DNA of 64,000 bases from Polyangiaceae bacterium (GTDB lineage: Bacteria > Myxococcota_A > Polyangia > Polyangiales > Polyangiaceae). The notes under the pieces are model-generated. The model was not told the origin of the DNA and searched no databases. It worked only from the letters and a program-made list of their open reading frames with translations. The translations under genes and the position numbers were made by a program. Positions 57,894-64,000 of the stretch are shown in pieces; the first letter of the stretch is position 1, and each line of letters starts with the position of its first letter. The stretch is taken from positions 128,001 through 192,000 of the forward strand of contig JBILLK010000009.1 in assembly GCA_044376115.1 (NCBI GenBank), written 5' to 3'.

Positions 57894-60800
57894 AGCGCCT
57901 ACCTATTGTTCAGAAGAACCCTTCGGGCTCGGAAGCCGACCCGAACGAGCGGATTTGGTATCAAACCTTGGCCGAGCGTGATGGCTCGCCGGAGACGCTC
58001 GAGCGTCGCGTGACCGAGTTCGAGGGGCCTGCTCCCTTCGAGCCACCGGCCGGTGTCGACCGACGAACCTTCATGACCTTGATGGGCGCTTCGATGGCGC
58101 TCGCTGGCGCAGTGAGCGGCTGTCGTAAGCCCGTCGAGAAGCTCCTGCCTTACACCCGGCTGCCCGAAGGCACCGTGATGGGTGAGCCGGATTACTTCGC
58201 AACGGCGATTCCGTTCTACGGCACCGCGGTTGGCCTGCTGGTGAAGAGCTACGACGGCCGCCCGATCAAAATCGAAGGCAACCCCGATCACCCTGAGTCC
58301 CAAGGCGCCTCAACCGCTTGGATCCAGGCGTCGGTGCTGGACCTCTATGACCCGGACCGCAAGCGGCCCGCCCGCAATGCAGGCGCCGACAAGTCGCTTG
58401 CCGAGCGAGATGCCTTCCTCACGAAGCTCTACCAAGACGTTCGCGCGGCAAAGGGTCGTCGCGCCGTCGTGCTCTTCGAGGAGCACCGCTCGCCCGCCGT
58501 CGCTGCTCTGCTCGAGAGCTTGAAGAAGGACCTGCCCGAACTCACCGCGCTGCGATTCGAGGCGTTCGGACGCGAGCGTCAGCGGAGTGGGGCGCAGATC
58601 GCCTTCGGTGAACCGAGGGACGTTGCCTATCGCTTGGACCGCGCCGACGTGGTCGTCGCGCTCGACGCTGACATTCTTGGCACGGAGTCGAGTCCGGTTC
58701 GCAACTCGAAGGGCTTTGCCGCTCGTCGCCGACCGGAGGCCACCGAGGTCGGAACGGCGGGCACCATGAGCCGAATCTACGTCGCAGAGCCCACGCCGAC
58801 GCAAACCGGTCATGGCGCCGATCACCGGCTACGCATTCAAGCCAAGCGAGTCGGGGAGCTGTTGGTCGGGCTCGCGGTTGCACTCAAGGCCGCCGGCGTT
58901 CCCCTGGCCGACGGGCTGGTGTCCGCTGCGCCGAAGCTCTCCGACAAGGAGCAAGCCTGGGTCAAAGCCGCCGCCGCCGACTTGGCGAAGGCCAAGAAGG
59001 CAGCGCTAGTCGCGGTTGGAACGCGGCAACCGGCTGCGCTCCACGCGCTCGCGTTCGCTATCAACCATGCGCTCGGTTCGATCGGGACGACGCTCGAATT
59101 CAGCCTGATGCTCGACGTTCTGCGTGAAGGCGTCGGCGCACTGAAGGAGCTGGCGGCCGATCTCAACGCCAACAAGGTCGACACCGTCCTCATCCTGGGC
59201 GGAAACCCCGTCTTTGCAGCGCCGCCCGAGCTGGGGCTCGCCGACGCATTGAAGAAGGCCAAGGTCTCCGTTCATTTCTCGTCGCATTTCGACGAGACGA
59301 GCAGCGTCACGTCCTGGCACATCCCGCGCGCCCATTACCTCGAGTCGTGGGGCGATGCTCGCAGCGAAGACGGCACGCTTGCCATCATCCAACCGCTGAT
59401 TGCGCCTCTGCATGACGGTCTCTCCGACCTGCAGGTTTTGGAAGGTCTCGCGGGCGGAAGCCGCACTCCGCACAAGATCGTCTACGACAGCTGGAAGGCG
59501 CAAAAGACGCTGCCCGGTGTTGCAGAGTTCGACAATGAGTTCAAAGCCGCCATCCATCTCGGCGCTGTGATCCCTGCCCGGGACGCCCTGACGAAGGACG
59601 GCGCACCGCTCGCCTTGGTTGCACCGCAAATCGGGGCAGAGCTTTCCAAGTTGCCTGCAGCGGCAGGCGACTTCGAGGTCGTGTTCGCACCCGACCCGCA
59701 CGCGTATGACGGGCGTTACGCAAACAACGGCTGGCTGCTCGAGATGCCAGACCCGATCCACAAGTGCACCTGGATGACGGTGGGAGCGATCTCTCACACC
59801 ACCGCCAAGAAGCTCGGCGTGATCGACGGGGACTTCATCGACGTCACTGTCGATGGCAAGACCGTCACCGTGCCGGTGGTCCTGGCTGCTGGTAGCGCCG
59901 ATGACTCGGTCACCCTTCCCGTCGGCCTCGGACGCACTGCAGACCTCTCGGTTGGTAAGGGCGTGGGCGTCAACGTGAACGCGGTGCGAACCTCAACCGC
60001 ATGGTCGTTCGGCGCTGCCTCGGTGAAGAAGGGCAACGGCCGGCAACGTCTGGCCGTAACCCAGGGTCACTTCCTGATGGAAGGCCGCCCGCTCATTCGC
60101 ACCCAGACGGCCGCTGACTACAAGGCTGATCCGAACTGGGCGAAGGAGCTGGTCAAGACGCCGCCGCTGCTCAATCTCTGGGCGGATTGGCGTTACGACG
60201 GCCACAAGTGGGGCATGAGCATCGACCTCACGCTCTGCACCGGCTGCAGTGCATGCGTCACGGCCTGCCAGGCGGAGAACAACGTTCCGGTCATCGGCGT
60301 CGACGGTGTGCTCAAGTCGCGCGAGATGCACTGGATTCGCATCGACCGTTACTTCGCTGGCCGTCACGACGTGATCGACGGCGAGGACGAGGCGGAAGCG
60401 GCGTTCATGCCGATGCTCTGTCAGCACTGCGAGAACGCTCCCTGTGAGCAGGTCTGCCCGGTTGCTGCGACCACGCACAGTCCGGAGGGCATCAACGAGA
60501 TGACCTACAACCGGTGCATCGGCACCAAGTATTGCGGTAACAACTGCCCATACAAGGTCCGGCGCTTCAACTACTTCCACTGGAACAAGGAGATCGACGA
60601 GTACTCCAAACTGGTGAAGAACCCGGACGTTACCGTGCGCTTCCGCGGCGTGATGGAGAAGTGCACCTTCTGCGTCCAGCGGGTGAATAAGGCGAAGATC
60701 AAAGCCAAAATCACAAATGACCGTGAGAAGAACCCGCAAGGCGCCTTCGAGATCATGGCCGACGTTCAATCCGCCTGTATGCAAGCCTGTCCCACCAACG

Positions 60801-61036
60801 CGATCACCTTCGGTGACCTCAACAACCCGCAGGTGGCGCGGGCAGACGGCCGAGCATCCGTTACGCACCTCGCCAAGTTGGGCCGGGGCTACGCGATGCT
60901 CGAGGAAATCAACGTACGACCGCGCATCACCTACCTCGCGCGCATCAAGAATCCGCACCCGGATTTGGCGCCGCCACCCGCCGCCAAAGCTGACGGTGCT
61001 CACGCTGCAAGCTCTGCCTCCAAGGAGAAGCACTGA
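57890..61036 (+). CDS. actB: Alternative complex III molybdopterin oxidoreductase-like / Fe-S subunit
   Basis: Tat-like RRTF..LMGAS.A with Cys, [20 protein letters not shown]...[32 protein letters not shown]. Confidence 0.93.
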   Translation: MKRLPIVQKNPSGSEADPNERIWYQTLAERDGSPETLERRVTEFEGPAPFEPPAGVDRRTFMTLMGASMALAGAVSGCRKPVEKLLPYTRLPEGTVMGEPDYFATAIPFYGTAVGLLVKSYDGRPIKIEGNPDHPESQGASTAWIQASVLDLYDPDRKRPARNAGADKSLAERDAFLTKLYQDVRAAKGRRAVVLFEEHRSPAVAALLESLKKDLPELTALRFEAFGRERQRSGAQIAFGEPRDVAYRLDRADVVVALDADILGTESSPVRNSKGFAARRRPEATEVGTAGTMSRIYVAEPTPTQTGHGADHRLRIQAKRVGELLVGLAVALKAAGVPLADGLVSAAPKLSDKEQAWVKAAAADLAKAKKAALVAVGTRQPAALHALAFAINHALGSIGTTLEFSLMLDVLREGVGALKELAADLNANKVDTVLILGGNPVFAAPPELGLADALKKAKVSVHFSSHFDETSSVTSWHIPRAHYLESWGDARSEDGTLAIIQPLIAPLHDGLSDLQVLEGLAGGSRTPHKIVYDSWKAQKTLPGVAEFDNEFKAAIHLGAVIPARDALTKDGAPLALVAPQIGAELSKLPAAAGDFEVVFAPDPHAYDGRYANNGWLLEMPDPIHKCTWMTVGAISHTTAKKLGVIDGDFIDVTVDGKTVTVPVVLAAGSADDSVTLPVGLGRTADLSVGKGVGVNVNAVRTSTAWSFGAASVKKGNGRQRLAVTQGHFLMEGRPLIRTQTAADYKADPNWAKELVKTPPLLNLWADWRYDGHKWGMSIDLTLCTGCSACVTACQAENNVPVIGVDGVLKSREMHWIRIDRYFAGRHDVIDGEDEAEAAFMPMLCQHCENAPCEQVCPVAATTHSPEGINEMTYNRCIGTKYCGNNCPYKVRRFNYFHWNKEIDEYSKLVKNPDVTVRFRGVMEKCTFCVQRVNKAKIKAKITNDREKNPQGAFEIMADVQSACMQACPTNAITFGDLNNPQVARADGRASVTHLAKLGRGYAMLEEINVRPRITYLARIKNPHPDLAPPPAAKADGAHAASSASKEKH

Positions 61037-62508
61037 TGGCCTCGCAATCATCTCGAGGTAAAGAGTTGGAGCTGGGCGACGCACCCGGAACCCGCGCCAC
61101 CCTCGTCCTCGGTAAACCCACCTTCAAGACCGTTACCGAAGACATCTCGTCAATCGCCGAAGGTAAGCCGACCCCGAAGTACATGCTCGGGTTGATGTTC
61201 GCAGTGAGCATCTTGTGTCTGCTCGTCGGCTCGTTGGCGAAGCTCGTCTACTCGGGTGTCGGTGTCTGGGGTCTCGACAATACGGTCTTCTGGGCTTGGG
61301 ATATCACCGGCTTCGTTTTCTGGATCGGTATCGGTCACGCCGGAACACTCATCAGCGCCATCCTCTTCTTGTTCCGTCAGAAGTGGAGGACGAGCATCAA
61401 CCGCGCAGCGGAAGCGATGACGATCTTCGCGGTTATGGCGGCTGGCATCTATCCAGCGTTTCACGTCGGCCGCGTTTGGGTTCTGTACTGGGTATTCCCG
61501 TTCCCGAACCAGATGTCGATGTGGCCGAACTTCAAGAGCCCATTGTTATGGGACGTGTTCGCCGTTTCGACCTACGCAACCGTCTCGATCTTGTTCTGGT
61601 ACGTGGGCTTGGTTCCTGACCTTGCGACCCTGCGTGACCGTGCGAAGACCAAGCTCCGCTACACCATCCTGGGTATCTTTTCGTTGGGCTGGCGCGGCTC
61701 TCATCGCGCTTGGCTGCATTACGAGAAGGCCTACCTGATCTTTGCGGGCCTCTCGACGCCGCTGGTGCTCAGCGTGCACACGGTCGTGTCGTTCGACTTC
61801 GCAACCTCGGTCATCCCCGGCTGGCACGCGACGATCTTCCCGCCCTACTTCGTCGCTGGCGCCATCTTCAGCGGCTTCGCGATGGTCATCACGCTAATGG
61901 TGGTTGCCCGCAAGGTGCTCAACCTCGAGCACATGATCACCATCCGTCACCTCGAGAACATGTGCAAAATCATCCTCGCGACGGGGTCGATGGTTGGCTA
62001 CGCCTACGCCATCGAGTTCTTCATCGCTTGGTACGGCGGCGTCGAATACGAAGGCTTCGCGTTCAAGAACCGCGCCTTTGGTCCCTACGCTTGGGCCTAC
62101 TGGAGCATGGTCACCTGCAACGTGATCATCCCGCAGCTGTTCTGGTCGCGAAAGGTCCGGACCAGCATCCCGGCGATGTTCGTTTTGAGCATCATCGTCA
62201 ACATCGGTATGTGGTTCGAGCGCTTCGTCATCATCGTGACGAGCCTCCACCGCGACTACCTACCGTCGTCATGGACCTACTTCGTCCCGAGCATGTGGGA
62301 CATCCTCCTGTTCATCGGGACGTTTGGTCTGTTCCTCACGATGTTCTTACTGTTCTGCAAGTTCCTGCCGGTGATTGCCACCAGCGAGGTCAAGGGCGTG
62401 ATGCCTCAGGCTAACCCGCACCCCGATCATGGCGACCACCACGAAGAAGAGCACGACGACGCTGAGTCGGACGATGCGCACGGAGAGGAGGCGCACGCTC
62501 ATGGCTGA
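61036..62508 (+). CDS. actC: Alternative complex III NrfD-like quinol-binding subunit
   Basis: [63 protein letters not shown]. Confidence 0.95.
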   Translation: MASQSSRGKELELGDAPGTRATLVLGKPTFKTVTEDISSIAEGKPTPKYMLGLMFAVSILCLLVGSLAKLVYSGVGVWGLDNTVFWAWDITGFVFWIGIGHAGTLISAILFLFRQKWRTSINRAAEAMTIFAVMAAGIYPAFHVGRVWVLYWVFPFPNQMSMWPNFKSPLLWDVFAVSTYATVSILFWYVGLVPDLATLRDRAKTKLRYTILGIFSLGWRGSHRAWLHYEKAYLIFAGLSTPLVLSVHTVVSFDFATSVIPGWHATIFPPYFVAGAIFSGFAMVITLMVVARKVLNLEHMITIRHLENMCKIILATGSMVGYAYAIEFFIAWYGGVEYEGFAFKNRAFGPYAWAYWSMVTCNVIIPQLFWSRKVRTSIPAMFVLSIIVNIGMWFERFVIIVTSLHRDYLPSSWTYFVPSMWDILLFIGTFGLFLTMFLLFCKFLPVIATSEVKGVMPQANPHPDHGDHHEEEHDDAESDDAHGEEAHAHG

Positions 62509-63094
62509 TCATGACCACCACGAAGGGCACGACCACGAAGCCGCGCCTGAGATGCCGGAGCCCGAAAAGGGTGAAGTTTGGGGCATGATGGCCCTATTCG
62601 AAACGCCGGCTGAGATCTACCACGCTTGCGAAGAGCTCAAAGAGGCCGGATACCGGACGCTCGACGCAATGACGCCGTTTCCGGTTCACGGGTTGGAGAA
62701 GGCCATGGGGCTCAAGCCCACGCGGCTGCCGTTCCTGGTTCTGGGCGGAGGCATCACCGGACTCTCGTCGGGTATCGCGCTCACCTACTACGTAAACATG
62801 GACTACCCGCTGAACATCAGCGGCAAGGTCCCGTTCAGCTACCACATCTTCATCCCTGTCTACTTCGAGCTGACGGTGTTGTTGAGCGCGCTGACCTGCT
62901 TCGTTTCGCTGTGGGCGCTGTGCAAGTTGCCCACCTTTTTCCACCCGACCATGCGGCACAAGAGCTTCGCTCGCTCGAGCGACGACGGCTTCTTCGTGAC
63001 GATCGAGGCGTCGGACCCGAAGTACAACGCCGAGAAAACACGGGCTTTGCTCGAGAAGCTCGGCGCGAAGGAAGTTGAAGAGGTGCACTCATGA
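62501..63094 (+). CDS. actD: Alternative complex III subunit D (DUF3341)
   Basis: [32 protein letters not shown]. Confidence 0.92.
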   Translation: MADHDHHEGHDHEAAPEMPEPEKGEVWGMMALFETPAEIYHACEELKEAGYRTLDAMTPFPVHGLEKAMGLKPTRLPFLVLGGGITGLSSGIALTYYVNMDYPLNISGKVPFSYHIFIPVYFELTVLLSALTCFVSLWALCKLPTFFHPTMRHKSFARSSDDGFFVTIEASDPKYNAEKTRALLEKLGAKEVEEVHS

Positions 63095-63681
63095 AGCCCT
63101 TCCGTTGGGCTCCCGCCGTACTTTGCACCAGCGTCGCGCTGGCCACTGTGGCGGGTGTTGGTTGCCGGGGTGGCGTCAGTGAAGACCCGCCGATTCACCT
63201 GATCCCGGACATGGACAACCAGGCGCATCGCCGACCGCAGTCGGTGAGCAGTGCGTTCGCTGACCATCGCGCGGCGCGGCCGATCGATCAGGACGCGATC
63301 GCGCGTGGGAAGCTACGAACGGACACCGTGATGTATCAAGGTGTGGACGCGAGCGGCGCTCTGGTGGAGCGCATGCCCTTCGAGGTAACGCAGGACAAGC
63401 TCGACCGCGGACGAGAGCGGTTCAACATCTTCTGCGCGCCCTGCCACGACCAGTCGGGCTCCGGCAACGGCATCGTGATGCAGCGTTCAGGAGGCGCCTT
63501 CGCGGGCATCCCTGACTTCAAACTGGACCGCCTGACGAAGGCGCCCGATGGCGAGCTGTTCCAGACCATTAGCAACGGCAAAGGCCGTATGCCCGGTTAC
63601 GCTCGACAGATTCCGGCGGAGGACCGCTGGGCGATCGTCTCTTGGCTTCGGGTATTGCAGACGATGGAGGTCGCAAAGTGA
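63091..63681 (+). CDS. actE: Alternative complex III monoheme cytochrome c lipoprotein
   Basis: Lipobox GVGC, PDMDNQ, CAPCH, G.GRMPGY..Q....DRWAIV. Confidence 0.92.
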   Translation: MKPFRWAPAVLCTSVALATVAGVGCRGGVSEDPPIHLIPDMDNQAHRRPQSVSSAFADHRAARPIDQDAIARGKLRTDTVMYQGVDASGALVERMPFEVTQDKLDRGRERFNIFCAPCHDQSGSGNGIVMQRSGGAFAGIPDFKLDRLTKAPDGELFQTISNGKGRMPGYARQIPAEDRWAIVSWLRVLQTMEVAK

Positions 63682-64000
63682 GTTCCGGCGGAAAGCTGCC
63701 CAAGGGCAACGGACTTCTCCCGAAAGAGATGGCTGCGAGCTGGTCGAAGATCGGCATGGCGATGGGTGTGGTCGGGTTGGCCGCCTTCATCGCGGGGATG
63801 TTTGGCGGTGTCGAGCGCGCTCGTTTTGGCGCTGCGTACCTAACCGGTTTCCTCTTCACCACCACGATTGGCATCGGCGCGTTGTTCTTCGTTGTCATCC
63901 AGCACCTTACGAAGGCTGGATGGTCCGTTGGTCCTCGCCGAATCCAAGAATGGGTGAGTCAGGGACTCGTCGCCAGCGTGGTGCTCTTCATCCCCGTGTT
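63678..64000 (+). CDS. actF: Alternative complex III membrane subunit F, truncated by the window end
   Basis: GTGA overlap with actE. Hand translation includes ...AYLTGFLF...GALFFVVIQHLTKAGWSVGPRR... Confidence 0.85.
   Translation, partial: MSSGGKLPKGNGLLPKEMAASWSKIGMAMGVVGLAAFIAGMFGGVERARFGAAYLTGFLFTTTIGIGALFFVVIQHLTKAGWSVGPRRIQEWVSQGLVASVVLFIPV

Overview
A GC-rich bacterial chromosomal segment. The Cys/Gly/Pro-rich lipoproteins, VWA lipoprotein, GspC-like PDZ protein and alternative complex III suggest Myxococcota (Polyangiales-like); this is inference. Housekeeping blocks flank the window. Left: POT transporter, sucA, ppx, ribA, holA, mltD-like, ygiQ. Right: cheA-cheW-cheW, rlmN-like, lipA, MacAB-like ABC system, actABCDEF. 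Between them (about 22.2-39.9 kb) lies an accessory-looking redox/sulfur stretch: katG, HDAC/LysR, alkB-like, sqr, DUF1641-TusE fusion, dsrE, DUF2169-pentapeptide, rhodanese, yghU. Three signals stand out. (1) A rhodanese lipoprotein reads through an in-frame UGA in a C-x4-U-x2-C motif followed by an fdhF-like SECIS hairpin, so it is a probable selenoprotein that the ORF track truncates. (2) A twice-repeated, highly structured element of about 90 nt sits upstream of an unannotated 43-aa Lys/Arg-rich ORF. (3) The DUF1641-TusE fusion has an in-phase A_AAA_AAG slippery site in its linker with a nearby -1 stop. No tRNA, rRNA, CRISPR array, integrase or transposase was recognised. All calls come from reading the sequence; no searches were run.
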